A stretch of DNA of 63,874 nt, filler included, from Craspedostauros australis (Eukaryota): assembly GCA_030167865.1 (NCBI GenBank). It is 4 parts of 4 records of this genome, joined end to end, with 100 filler letters (N's around TTAATTAATTAA, not from the genome) between each part and the next. Parts side by side here need not be neighbours in the genome. Positions count along the whole stretch, not along the records: positions 1 to 15,441 come from JALAGF010002998.1; 3 more parts are not named here. One strand, given 5' to 3'. Position numbers and translations under genes: made by a program. The notes under the pieces were generated by a model that saw only the letters and a program-made list of their open reading frames with translations, had not been told where the DNA came from and ran no database searches. Of this stretch, positions 1 to 12,949 are shown in pieces (within the stretch, counting starts at the first letter, position 1; each line of letters starts with the position of its first letter).

Positions 1-464
1 CATCAACACCAAACATAACAGTAGTAGTAGTAGTTCTCAACAACAACCAGTTTTGTGAGATCGAGACAGCTGATTTGTGTTGTGCTGCAAAACATTCGAG
101 ATTGTTCGATCCGATTCTGAGATGTCGAATCACGGGTGGAGATATGTCACGGATGTCAATTTCCCTCAACTCCCTGTCTGGATGTTGTTAAACACAAACG
201 GATCCTCGAAGTGCCGTATTCTCCACAATCAGCTCGATCGTCAGATGCCGTCGATCTTCCGAAACGCGAGTCAGGTGTCGCAGTAACAGGACAATCGTTT
301 TGTGACATGTCGAAACAGATCTCAACGCAGGACAACAAACACCCATGGATTCGTTGTTGCACTGCCGCAATCCGACTTCGTTCAATTCCGCCCGGTTCCA
401 TCGCTTCGCCGAGAACTCGTTTACGTCCATGCTGACCAACTCCTCTCTGTTCGTCTTCAGGTGG

Positions 465-541
465 AATACGAATACGAATACGAATACGATTGCGAGACCG
501 GGATCAGCGGAAGCCGAGTACTCTCTCTCTCTCTCTCTCTC
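465..541. repeat. Microsatellites (GAATAC)n and (CT)n
   Basis: Short tandem arrays read directly at about 465-488 and 520-541. Confidence 0.85.
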
Positions 542-2562
542 TGGAGAGTGGAGTGGGACGCGGCCTTGGGAGATTGAAAGGAAGTCCAACAGGAGAGAGC
601 AGATGGATTGCACAACCGACGCTCGTGGATTAGATGAAGAGTGAAGGCTGGAAAAGTCGGGTGTGGAACTACAGCAATACAGAGGCAAACCAAAAGACAG
701 GGATGCTCTCTCCACCAGTGGCTCCTCTTGGTTTTACTCCACTGTGCTCGACTCTGCGACCATTCCCTCCAAGGTGCGTTTGTGATGGGAGGAATCCGCA
801 GATCAGCTGCGATTGTGTGGTTGGGGAAACTCTATCCATATGACGTGCAGTCAGGGTGCTGGTAACTGCCGCCAATAGCATGTACTACTATTCTATCATG
901 TTACATTATATAATAGAATATTCTATTCTATTCTATATAATACATCGTAGTACATGCCGTAGCTGACTGCCGCAGAGGACCCATCCATGTGATGTGGGGT
1001 GTTGCCTCTGGCGCCAACACGAAGCACCACCCCAGAGATGCTGGTCTGACGTAAGAGTCACAGATCCCGAACCAGATGATCATGTGGACACCACACGCCC
1101 GCGACAGGCTTGACGGGAACCTCCCACGCCGGTAGCAAGAGCAGCAGTTCCTCGAACGCATTCCCTACAGCAGAGTGCTTGAGGTCTTCAAGACTCTTCA
1201 GATTCGCAGTGTGACCCAAGAGCCAGTCGTTGGATGGTACCCAAGTGGTGGATCAGAATACACTCTTTGGACATTCGAGGAATCGCGAGCACAGTGCTCT
1301 CGCTTCCCTCATGTGCCTTGTACTCATGGCTAAGCGAAGCACTGCCAGAGTACTCGAGGAAAGAAAGGAGCGCCAACATTGCATTTTCCTTCTCTCTCGC
1401 CCCCTTGATGCCGGCCGCAATGGATCAGTTGTGCTGACACCCAAGACACACACGCGGACGGTGGAAGGCGCAAGGGCAAACATACGTGGGCAGGTCTAAC
1501 GAGACTCTTCGATTGCTTTCTGACGTTTGTCCCCTTCAGAATGGTTTGGTACGTCATGAGATGTTAAGTGCGCGAAGGAGTCTGGTGCACAGAAAACTGA
1601 CAACGACGCGGCGGTGGCACGGACTGTTCGCCAAGTCGCGCGCTCGGTACTGAATTGTGCGGTACTTTGCAATGGATTTGCCGCGCGGCACTGCGGCGCC
1701 GAGCGTTCCCCTAAGTACGGACGATTCATACAATAAATGAACTGTGCCACGAACATGAGCCTTCGTTGACAACACGCACTGGATCTTTGCACATAACGAG
1801 TCCAAGGGCTCCACAGCCGAAGTACTCGCAGGGACTAACAGCGGACGGGACAAATCCTGGTGGGCTGACGTGCGCTCAGTACTGCTTCTACGTCACAACC
1901 CCACCCCCAAACAGCTTCTCTGATGGTGTGACCGAAGATACGCTCACAGCACCGCGAAAATACACAAGTTCGCAAATGTTCGTACTCTTGCTTCTATGTC
2001 CCAACTCATACCGGCACTATTCCTACGGCGCTCCACTGGGCTCTACAGGGCAGCCGACACCCGAACACACACAACGCGCATGCAGCGCGCACACGCAGTC
2101 CACAGACGGCCACGAGTGATGTTGTCCTCGTATCGATACGGTGGGTGCAGCGCCTCTATTCGTGTGCGTGCGCGTACTCGTGCTGTGTTGTGGTGCGAGA
2201 TACCCCATACCCCACGACAATGGTGGTGCTGGCAATCCCCAGCGTGATTCCCGATTTGTGCTGACAGAAAAGCGAGCCGCGAAGACATGCTGTTGACATA
2301 AAATTTGTGGTCCTCTCGTGCGATTGCGTGCTCGTGGTCTTTGGTGGTTACCAACACAAAGGGGCGACAAAAACTGCTCTGTCTTCCGCTGCTCCAGCGC
2401 CACTTTGCCGAATCAGATCAAAAAACACAAACAGGTCTACGCAACCGCATTCTCGGAACAGACACAACGAGACACAAAGAGACACAAAGAGACACAACGA
2501 GACACAACGAACTGATCAACTGGAAAGACAACAAACACAGAGAGAGCGAGAGAGTAGCCACC

Positions 2563-5541
2563 ATGGACGCCGTCGACTTCGAGATCAGCAGCCTGGCGTC
2601 CAACCCCGTTGGCATGTTCGGCAACATCGCCATGAACGGCGATGAATACGTACGATGCGCTCGTTGCGGATACGGAGGTTGTGATGTTCGGGTCGCAGGC
2701 TGTGGATGTGTTTTGCACGCTGTAAGTCCAGTACTCGTTTCTACGGAGGTGGCGGTTCACCCCCAAAATGCAAAAGAACAAACCCAAAACCGCGTCATGG
2801 TGTGAAGGAGCGTCGGATGTTACGGCATCAGGAGCGTCGAAAGCACTGATCAGATGGATGCAAGAGCGGATGCAAGAGCGGATGCATGGATGCGCGCTGC
2901 ACATGAACTGCCTTCAGGCAAACCTTGGAGATTGCTGCGGTGCTCCCAACAAGATTCAAGATGCATCTTTGGACTGGCTCAGTGTGGACCATCGCGTTCG
3001 GCTTTGCAAATGCACAAATGCGCAATCCAGAGAGCAGAGCGCAGCGGGGCTCCAGCACCAACCCACACACTGTTTGATGTGAAGTCGCAGATCCAAGGCA
3101 TCTTTTTCCATTGCCCATCGTCCACTGTCCATCGACTCTCACCCCCGCTCCCTCACTTACGCAATACGTAACACGCAATACGTAACACGCAATACGTAAC
3201 ACGCAATACCCTGCCTGCCGCTCCATGCACACCACAATGGTGCGGATTGGTCCGGCGCTCTTTTTCCCTCCGGTTTGCCTTCTTTGCTCAAACCTTGGAC
3301 CACTTCCGGTCGTGGCCATGGCGGTACGCTCTCTTGTCTCTCTCATCTCTCTCATCTCCGCTGCGTGCATTGGCACATTGCGCCTCCCACTTCGTGCATT
3401 CCATGATACAATCGCAGCGATGCATCATCCTGCCACAATCAACTCCCCTTGCACATTGCCCCGCCTGTACCCGCCCGACGACCGGGCTGAACCTCTTCCC
3501 CATGTCATTCCGCGAGATCGACGAAGCCAAGCGCGCTTCCACCAGCCTCCCCAACGCGGCGAAGGGACGAGGGCGAAAGCGCAAGTCCATCACCGAACCG
3601 GGGGCCATCGACGAGAAGGTGGGAGCTTACGTCTCCGAACGCCGCACAGGCCGCTGGACAGTCGAAGAGACCGCGATGTGCGACAAGCTCATCGCGAAGT
3701 TCATGTCCGGCGAGCTCCCCATCACTGAGGGATTGAAGCTCAACGAGTTCCTCGGCAACATGCTCAAGTCCAAGCAATCGCGATTGACGAAGAAGATGAA
3801 GAATGCCAAGCTCAGCTCCAAAACCTTTCAGAAGAAGGTGGGCGCCATCGTCGACGACGCGGAGGCCCGGGAGTTTTCGGAACTCGAGGAATGCTTCTTC
3901 CAGGCCGTGCAGTGCCATCAAGAGCGCGCGGAGATCAAATTCCACATGCAGCGCGAGTGGCGGGAGCAGTTCAGCCAGTTCTGCGTCTCCATCAACCAAC
4001 CGCTCGATGCCGACAACTGGCTCAGCAGCGTCGAAGAGATGGACCGACGCGCATCGCAGGCCAGGGACGCGGCCAGAATGGCCAAGCGAAAGCTCATGAT
4101 GGGCATCGCATTGAGAACGGACTGCAGGAACCCCGACCACGGCGTCTTCATCGAGAGGACGGCATCGGAGTCCCGCGTTGCGGAACACGCAGCGCTGGAT
4201 GGGCCCGACACCGATCACACCGAGATGCTCCAGATGCTCACGGAAGAGTCCAAGCAGGGCGTGCACGCCGACATCAACGGAAAGAGCAGCCTGCTGCACT
4301 CCGCTCCTTTCCTCGCCAAGGCCATCCTGTACCTCCAGCGCCACGGCGTTCCGTTCGAGCACATCGACCTCTGGGTCCCCTCCTTCGTCCCCGCACCTGA
4401 CAATTCCAACAACACGAGCTGCCGCCTGTGCTACGCGGGCAACGCCACGGTGGAGGAGCAGACTGGTCCGGATGGCAAGACCAAGTCCAAGCTGACGCCC
4501 GACGACGAATTCAACCTATTCGCTTTTGGGGACTACAGCGAGAAGTTCTCATTCGATGTTGGCTGCGGACTACCAGGCCGAGTTTACGAGAGCGGCCGTC
4601 CTACGTGGGAGCAGAGCGTCCATAACGCACCCCATCACCACTTCGACCGTTGCGGTGGCGCGATGCAGTGGGGAATCCGTACCGTGCTCGGAATCCCAAT
4701 CGCAAGCCCCAACGTCGGCCGCATCGTGGTGTCGCTCTATTCTCGCCACGACAGGCCGAAGGACGAAGAACTCGTCGCGCGCCTGTCCGAGGAGTTCACC
4801 CGCCTCATGCCGTCGCCCAAATGGAAGCTCGTCGTGGATCTGGGCGAACCGGATCAGGCAAGAGCGGCATCTGGCGACCCCCAGACGCAGCCCGAAGCGG
4901 GTGGCGCCAAGACTGCCACTACCGAGGTGTCCGACAGCGGATCGTCAGCAGAGAAGACCTCGGGCGGGCGTGACTCTCGTCTTGACGAGGTCGTCAGTCT
5001 CCTCGGCGAGCTCATGCCGTCCGACCCCAACTCCGCTTTTGCGCCATACCTCTCCGGTTTCATGTCACTGCGCCTTTTGCTGCTGCGTCCAAGCCGTACT
5101 CCAGATGAGGACGACCTGGCCAGGACCATGTTGGACTCATTCACTTCGTTCTCCCAGGGAGGGAGATCCCGTGACGACATCGCTGTCATGCTGGCCCGTG
5201 ACTTCATGTTCCTCAGCCAACAAAAAGGTCAACCGCAGCAACAACAACATCAGCCTGCCGGTTTTTTTAGTTTAGGGCAGGGCACGGCAGCTTCGCGGGC
5301 GCCTGCTCTGTCCGAATACGACAGCGTTGACAGCGGCAACAACAACAACAACAAGAGCACTCGCAGCAATGGCCAGAATCAGAATCACAATGATGGAGGG
5401 AATGCCAATCCCCATGCCAACTTCGGGCAGGGTGACATTGGCGTGATCAACTACTCCAACTTTGAGATGCAAGGCTCGCCGGGGTTTGGACCCATCCAGG
5501 GACTCATGGGAGACAACCTCTCCATAGTATCCAACAGCTGA
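2563..5541 (+). CDS. RING-like Zn finger + Myb/SANT-like + NLP-type GAF-like domain protein, paralogue A (exons 2563-2721, 3418-5541)
   Basis: ATG at 2563 in a GCCACCATGG context. Donor GTAAGT at 2722 and acceptor CAG ending at 3417 join in phase 0 as LHA|RC, which restores CARC..CGC..H.RC..CPAC. Also contains RTGRWTVEETAMCDKLIAKF (Myb/SANT-like) and EHIDLWVP...FSFDVGCGLPGRVY...W...GIRTVLGIPI (NLP GAF-like). Confidence 0.85.
3158..3209. repeat. 14-bp minisatellite (TACGTAACACGCAA) x3 in the intron of paralogue A
   Basis: Tandem copies read directly. Confidence 0.85.
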
Positions 5542-6412
5542 CATCATGCACCGGGAGCAGCCAAGCCAGTGGAACGAATCGGATCGATCACCCATCACCA
5601 CCAACCGAGAGATCTGCGATGATGGGTGCCGCATTCTGAAGCCTGTGTGATGAGACGATCATTGTCCGTTGCATGACCACCCCCAAAGCTTGCCCCAGGG
5701 GTTAACTTGCAATGCAGGGGATGGTCATGCAACGTCTCTCAGGTGAATGAACCGACGCGCCCAATTTTGAATCCCAGGGTGCGGATATTCTGGCTGCTCC
5801 CAAGCAACAATACCCAGTCAAGCACAGGCCTGCGTATGCATGTATGCATGCGTAGATACACACGCACGTACTCATATGAACGGGTGCACGCGCACTAGCC
5901 AAGCAGCTAGATCGCCAACCAACCAAACCTACCAAAAAGAGGAGCTTTCACGTTCATCCGAACGCGGGCTCCGCACTGTATCTAACACGGGAGAGTCATC
6001 GTGGGACTCCCCTCCCAAGAAAAATGAATGTACACACACTTAAACAATGCAAACAATGCCAGCCACCTTAGTAACACTGGAATATTATCTCCTGCCAACA
6101 TGAATGCATGCTCCGTTGCGCTGCTGCATCAGCGGAGAGCGGCGCAGATGATGCGGAGCCTGTTGATTGCACAAGTACTCGCACGCAAGTACTCTGCCAT
6201 AACCGCACAGTACGACGACGACTTGGTTCAAAATTGTGGGATGAAATTACAGTTAGCTTGGGATGGCTGAACGCCTGTCTTGTTGTGGTCTCCCATGTCC
6301 GCTTGGATGTTGTTCAGGGGTGCTTGAAATGTTTGGTATCATCGAGGAGCGGCACGGCTGGAGCATTGCGTGTTGCTGGCGGTGCGTGTCTGGTCCTCAA
6401 CGTGCGCCATGA

Positions 6413-9400
6413 TCATGGATTGCTGTTATCTGCGCCACCGGTGCTTGCTCCCTGCGGGAACGCCGACTGGTGCAACGAGAAGGTGCTGTTCGTGAGATGA
6501 TTCATTGCTGCGTGTGCCCCATGCGTATCAACGTCGTTGACATTTCGGTTGTTCCCGAGATTGCTGCTGGCGGTGCTCATCCCGCCTCCGCTGTCGATGC
6601 CGCTGTGGTTGTCGCTGCTATTCTCAATGTTATCTTCTGGGGACGGCATAATCGGAGTGAGGGCTGGCGAGTATGCTTGCTGCCGCAGCAGGTTCGACAG
6701 CTGTGCCATCCCTTGCTGCTGCTGCTGCTGTTGAGATTGAGGCGCAAAATTGACGTGCGATGGTTGCTGCTGCATGTTAGAGGTGCTGGCGTTGTCGTTG
6801 CTGCTGCTATTTGCGACGTTGCCGCTGTTAGGCATGGCCACGACGGAGTTGCTAGATGCATTCGAGTTGTTCGTGTTGTTCGTGTTGATGCTGTTCGCAT
6901 CATACGTCGCTTGTGTCGGTGCCTGCGAGACCATCTGCGGCCGTAGATTCTGCTGTGGTGGCTGCTGCTGGTGAAGATGTGGCAGGTGATGTTGCTGCGG
7001 CTGCTGCTGTCGTTGCGCTGACGCACGATACTGTTGCCGATTGCTGCCAGCCATGGTCTGCGATAGTAGCATGTAGTCGCGTGCGATCATCCAAGCGATG
7101 TCGGGAGGGTTGCGCGAGCTCTTGAGGTGCGACGAGTAAGATTCAAGGATGTTTGCCAACAGAGTCTCTTCTTGTGGTGCCTTGTTCTGCTTCATCAGCA
7201 ACAGACGGAGTGACGTGAAGCCAGGCAGGTATGGTGCGTAAGCCGAGTTCTTGTGGGTCGGAATGTTCTCCGACATGAGCTTCAGCAGGGTGGGCAGTCT
7301 TGCATCAACTGGCTTTCCTGGTGTCGCTCTGGGAGGTGCCGCCGCGACATCCACCACGAGCTTCCATTTGGGTGTCGGCATGAGCTGTAATTGCGGGTGG
7401 GGGGTTGTTGATCGAAGTCGTATGTTGGTATTTGACATCGTTGCCATTCGTTCGGCGGGTTCGTGGGCATCATCAGGTGGTGAAGGAGGCATTCGGTTGA
7501 GGATGAAATGAACGGTGAGTGCGAGTGCAATTGCAAAAGTTGGATGGCATCGCGACGCACATGCTCGTATGTAGTTTACGGCCAGGAACTGGTAGGGAGG
7601 AAAATAGAGTACGAGCAGGTGTGTAGACCCTATTCCGATCCACCAAGGACCAGGATGAATGAGCCATCCGCAACGAATCGCGAATCGAGATTGGCAACCA
7701 CGTCGCCATTTCGGCTATGCCTTCACAACGAATCATATCTGTGTAGTCTTCGTATTCGCGTTGGTGGTCACGTCACTCTAGCTCCCTTCTGCCAACACCA
7801 AGCGGGAAACAGCCACCATCCAACGGACGATGCATGCGTATGCGTATACATTGGTGCCGACAAAGACGACGGCATATGATTTCCACAGTGGCAAATTGCG
7901 CTTACCTTCGTCAACTCTTCCGTGATGCGCCGGACCATGTCGGGGTCTCGACGGCGATCAAACCTGGAATAGAACAAAATAACGATACGTCCGACATTGG
8001 GGCTTGGAATGGGCACGCCGAGCACTGTCTTGATGCCCCATTGCGATGCGCCACCGCACCGTTCAAATTGACGGCTTGGCGCATTCTCCACCCCCTGCTC
8101 CCACGAGCATATCCCGGAGCTGTACACCCTCCCCGGCAATCCGCAACCAACATCAAAGGAAAACTTTTGGCTATACTCGCCGAAGGAGAGCAGGTCGAAT
8201 TGATCCTGGCTTTCCAACGTGACGGGGCGGCTCGTGTCGGGCGATATCTGCGTGTCCGTCGTGGCGCAACCGGCAAAGCAGAGGCGGCACTTCTGCTGCT
8301 GCGCCTGGTCCTGCGGGGGTGCGGCATCCGCGCCGTCCGGGGTGTGCGGCACGAACGATGGCACCCACGCATCGATGTGCTCGAAGGGGATGGCGTGACG
8401 GTGGATGTACTGGATGACCTTGCCAACGAAGGGCGATGAGTAGTTCCGGATGATCGAGCGAGGAGGCCCCTGCTTCTTCTTCCCATCCCGTCCCGCTGCC
8501 ATGGCGACGAGCGAGTTGGTGGAGGCGTGGCTCCTGCTGAGCATGCCCTCGGCGGTGGAGTCGCTGTTGGTGTTCTTGTCGATGAACACGCCCCTCTCGG
8601 GGTTCATGGTGTCCTGGCTGAGAGCGTAGCCCATCATGACCTTTCGACGGGCCATCCTGGCAGCGTCCTTGGCTTGGGATGCGCGGCGATCCATCTCCTC
8701 GACGCTGGACAGCCAGTCGTCGGCGTCGAGCTTCTGACCGATCGCGACGCAGTAGCTGCTGAACATCTCCCGCCATTCCTTCTGCATGTGGAATCGGATC
8801 TCCGCGCGCTCCAGGTCGCACTGTATGGATTTGAAGAAGGCGACCTCGAGCTCTGAGAACAGGCGGGCGTCGTTGCGATCCCCGATGTGCCCCGAGTTGC
8901 GCTTGTACGTCTTGGCGCTGAGCCTGGCGTTCTTCATCTTCTTGGTGAGTCTGGACTGCTTGGATTTGAGCATGGAGGAGAGGAAGTCATTGAGCTTGAT
9001 GCCCTCCATGAGGGGCAGATGGCCGGCCTCGAACTTCTCGATGAGCTTGTCGCAGTACGCGGTCTCCTCTGTGGTCCATCGACCGGTGCGCAGATCGTCG
9101 CCTGAGGAGGCATCATCGACGGAGGTGGTTGGGTTGAGCCTTGCGATCGTGGCATTCTTCCTCTTCTTCCCCCTCTTCATGCTCGGTGACATGTTGGCGG
9201 CTGCTGCCTTGGCCTGGTCGATTTCGTGAAAGTTCATGGGTACGAGGAAGAGCGCCTTGGCCTGCTTGGAACAGGCTGGGCACGTCGTCAATGCGACATT
9301 CTCGACCACCGGCACGCAGCGCTGCAGCGTGAAGTGATTTGACGTTTGGGGTCGAATGCAAGTGCAGCCACAAACGCAAATGCAGACGCAAGCGCAGACG

Positions 9401-10402
9401 AAAGTACAGACGCAAGTACACACAAATGCAAATGCATGGCGCCGAGTTGAGTCGTGAGTATCGGTACAGAATGATGGCAAAAACACCGACGAATGGAAAA
9501 GTGAGAGAGCGGAAGAATGAATGAGGGACAAAGATGAGCGACACGAGACCGACATCATGACGAATTGAATGGATGATGTGATGGCTTACCGAGTGCAGGA
9601 GGCAGCCGCAGCTGTGCACCTTGACGTCGAAACCATCCATGCCACAATGCTGGCAATGATTGCCAGGAACGACGGGATGAGTCGGCGGGAAGCCCAGCAT
9701 TCCATTTGAAGCAACATGCGTCATGGAGGAAAGATGACGCAGGGTGTTTGGTGACATTACTTGTGCGGTGCCAGGCGGTGGTGCGCCTGTGACAGCCGTG
9801 GCCGCATTTGGATTCATCATGGCTGCGGCTGTGACCGCGGCTGCCGCCGCCGCCGCCGCCGCTGCTGCATTGTTGAGGAGATGGGCGGCGTTGACATTGG
9901 CATGGTGCATGTTGGAGGCAATTTGTGGCGTTGGTTGCAAATGAGGCTGATGATTTGTGGTAGAGGGAACATGCATGGACTGCCCCGTCATCTGCGCATG
10001 TGCAAGTTGCTGTTGTTGTTGCTGATGGGCATGCGAGTGAGCATGAGCATTCATTTGCGGATACATCTGTGCTGGTTGCAAGTGCTGCAAGTGTTGCTGC
10101 TGTGCCATGCGAATTTGCGATTGTGGATGAGCTTGAGCCTGCGAATGAGACTGCGAGAGTTGATTGAGTTGGTGCTGGTTGTGCTGGGAATGTGGCTGGG
10201 CCTGCTGCGGCTGGGATTGCGGTGCTGGTTGCTGCTGCTGATGGTGCATTGGCGCAAAGGCGTGCAGCATATTGAGGCCGTTGTTGGCGATTCCTGACGG
10301 CTGCATCTGTAACTGCATTTGAGGTTGTGGCTGTGTCGGCGTCTCCGCCTCCGTCTTAATTTGTGTCATGAAGTTGGGCTGGGTGTGGTGGGGCGGAAGC
10401 AT
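6413..10402 (-). CDS. RING-like + Myb/SANT-like + NLP-type GAF-like protein, paralogue B (exons 10402-9590, 9321-7906, 7384-6413; start codon uncertain)
   Basis: Three long minus-strand ORFs are joined by GTAAG..CAG introns at 9589-9322 (LHS|RC) and 7905-7385 (ELTK|LMPTPKW). The spliced product is collinear with paralogue A and shares LKSKQSRLTKKMKNA, WLSSVEEMDRRASQA and FSFDVGCGLPGRVY. N- and C-termini are Q/H-rich. Confidence 0.83.
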
Positions 10403-12949
10403 CGTCTCGAAGCGCAAGATCTTGCCGATGGTGGGTTGGAGGTCGGAGTGTTCAGTCGAGATCGACGTCTCTATTGGCTGAATGCCGACTTCCACTTATC
10501 CTGCTGTGCTTCGACCGTACTTCGACCGTGCCTCGAACTGTATCTTAACGAGTAGGAGTGATGGCGTTCGTGGCTGTGATTGCGGCTGTGAGTGTTGGTA
10601 TCCTGCACGTTCTATCCATTGCCCAAGTTTGTTTCCTGTTGGAGCGCGAGTGCTAAGTGACTGGAGACCTGTTGGATGGTAGGATGGTTAGGTGAATGGA
10701 TGGATGCAATGATGGAATGATCGATTGAGGGACTGAATGAGGCCAATTGCTAGTCGGATCCTGAGGATTGTCTGACCAGGTGGGTATTTGCGCAGCTGTT
10801 GTTGTGCTCTTTTGCTGTTGTGCTGGAATGCCGATGAATGAACTGATGAAGGGCTGGCCGTTTGCTGCTTGGTACTCCAGAGTTCCGCAGAGTGCCAACA
10901 GTGTATCAATAGTGTATCAACAGAGTATCAATAGTCGTCCAGTATCTGGCAATCGAAGATGACGATGGCGATCCGTCTGTTGAAGCAGATGAGCTGCTCG
11001 ATGCGCAATGAGTCGGTCGGTTGATCGATCGCGTTGATTGGAATGCGCTGATGGATCTTTCTCTGATCGGAGGAGGAGTAGGAAGCGCGAGAGCGTGCCG
11101 CCCTGTGTCTTTGTCTTTCTGTTTGTGTTGTATTGCAGCGTATTGTGCTCGGAAGGTGTGATGCCGCCAACTATAACACCGACTGCAACACTGACTATAA
11201 CACCGACTGTTTCACTGGGAACCTCTGCCGCTGCAGCTTGACTGGATTGGCAGTGAGCGCCTGGGGCCGTACTGGTCTTCGTCTTCGTATTCGTACTGGT
11301 ATTCGTGTTGGTATTCGTGCTCGTACGTGAGAATCACTGTGGATGATGATCTGAGTGGAGGCCGAATCTACTGGATTGTTGCGGACGAATCGTATTCACT
11401 GCCTTCGATGCCTGCCTTGCCTTGCCTTGCCTTGCCATGTGCTGTGCGTGGTGCTTTGAAGTGCTTTGGAATGCTTTGCACTGTCTACCTTGCCTCACCA
11501 CAATGTTGCCGAGATGGTCTTACCAATGCTTTGGGTGCTTGTGCTCTATTCTTGTTTCCAATGCAGTATCGGTCTGAGCATGAGCGGAGTGTGTGCTGCG
11601 AATGCTTTATGCGATTGAAGTAATAGAATAGTTGTAGAATAGAGGGGTCTGAGTATCTGCTAACACGATACTCTATCCGCACTTGCTGCGACAACGACCT
11701 GTGGTGTGCCTGCTGGTGTGTCTTCTTGCTTGGAGTGCTCTGCTCCGGATGGGATTGAGTGGGTGGATGGGTGGATAGAACACCAACAACGATGAGCGGG
11801 ACGTGTGCAACTCTGGAGACAGCTGCAACTTCCGATCCTCAATTCGTGAGCTGACAATCTGGACCCTCCTTCAAACCCTTTCGTGGCCTTGCATTTACCG
11901 ATGCCAGCATCAGTGGTCCACGACCAGTGATGTCACTGTTTTTGGCCTCTGCTTCCGCTGGCTTTTGGCCCGGATTGTTCCACTTCTTCGCGTCCTTCGT
12001 CCTCGGTTGTGGACGCCTTTATTGGTCCTGGCTTCGTCCCATTCGTTCCTCTCCGCTCCACTGTGCAGCTACGGGTACGTGTGTGTCTACGTGCACATCT
12101 ACGTGTTCGTGGGTGTGCTGCTCCTACGATTGCGCCCACCAGTGCGAGCACTTCCCAAATGCACGCGTTGTTCCACGTAGTGGCGGCAGAGGTGGAGCGC
12201 TTGCCTCCTGCTTGCAATCTGTCCTCTGGGCGCAAACAGCCACCCACATCTGAGGAAGAATTTGCCGGATTCCGTGTTCTGATTGGTTCCTTCGTATTCT
12301 GCCAGAACTTGTCAGGCTCTGTGAATGAGTACTTGATACCTTGCCGCCGATTCCAAGATACTGCGGTACCACCGAACGGTTGTCGGGATCTCCACGCTCA
12401 GGTAATCGTGGATCGGCGCACGCCATGGTGGCAACGACGACACACAAACGCGCAAACGCACAGAAGAACACAACTCACATCAACCACGTCACCACGCCAC
12501 CACCCAACAACTCCCATTCCTCTCGTTCACGATGTCGTGTCGCAAAGAGATCTTCGACGTCCACCAAGAAAAGACCCAGACACTCCTTCATCTTCAAGGG
12601 GAGGTGATGCATCACCCATGTTCTCGTCGCCTCTCCTCGTTCGTAGAATACACAGCAGTGCATAGAGTGGGGCAGAGCAGAGCAGAGTAGAGTAGAGCAT
12701 TGTACCATACTCTGCGAGCTACATACTCCAAGGACGACAGTGTCGCCTCTGCCATGGTCACCCATGATTGTGGAGAACTTCCGTCCAACCCAACCTGTTC
12801 CAATCTGTCTTCCTTTCGCCGTCCGCCACCAACACCAACGAAAAGACCATCTGTGACATCTGTTCTGTGCCAATCCTTCCGCAGCCATTCATAGAGGAGA
12901 GAGGAGAAGAGCGTGGCGTTATCTAATATACAATGGTATAATAGTACTC

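Noticed and set aside
3247..3417. N-terminal extensions in the ORF track (3247, 9558, 7492, 19370, 45134, 61181)
   Set aside because: These are intronic or 5' UTR sequence that happens to be in frame. Splice sites or better ATGs explain the true structure.
11700..12890. Several 100-218 aa ORFs upstream of paralogue B
   Set aside because: No codon bias or motifs. It may be decayed sequence but cannot be supported.
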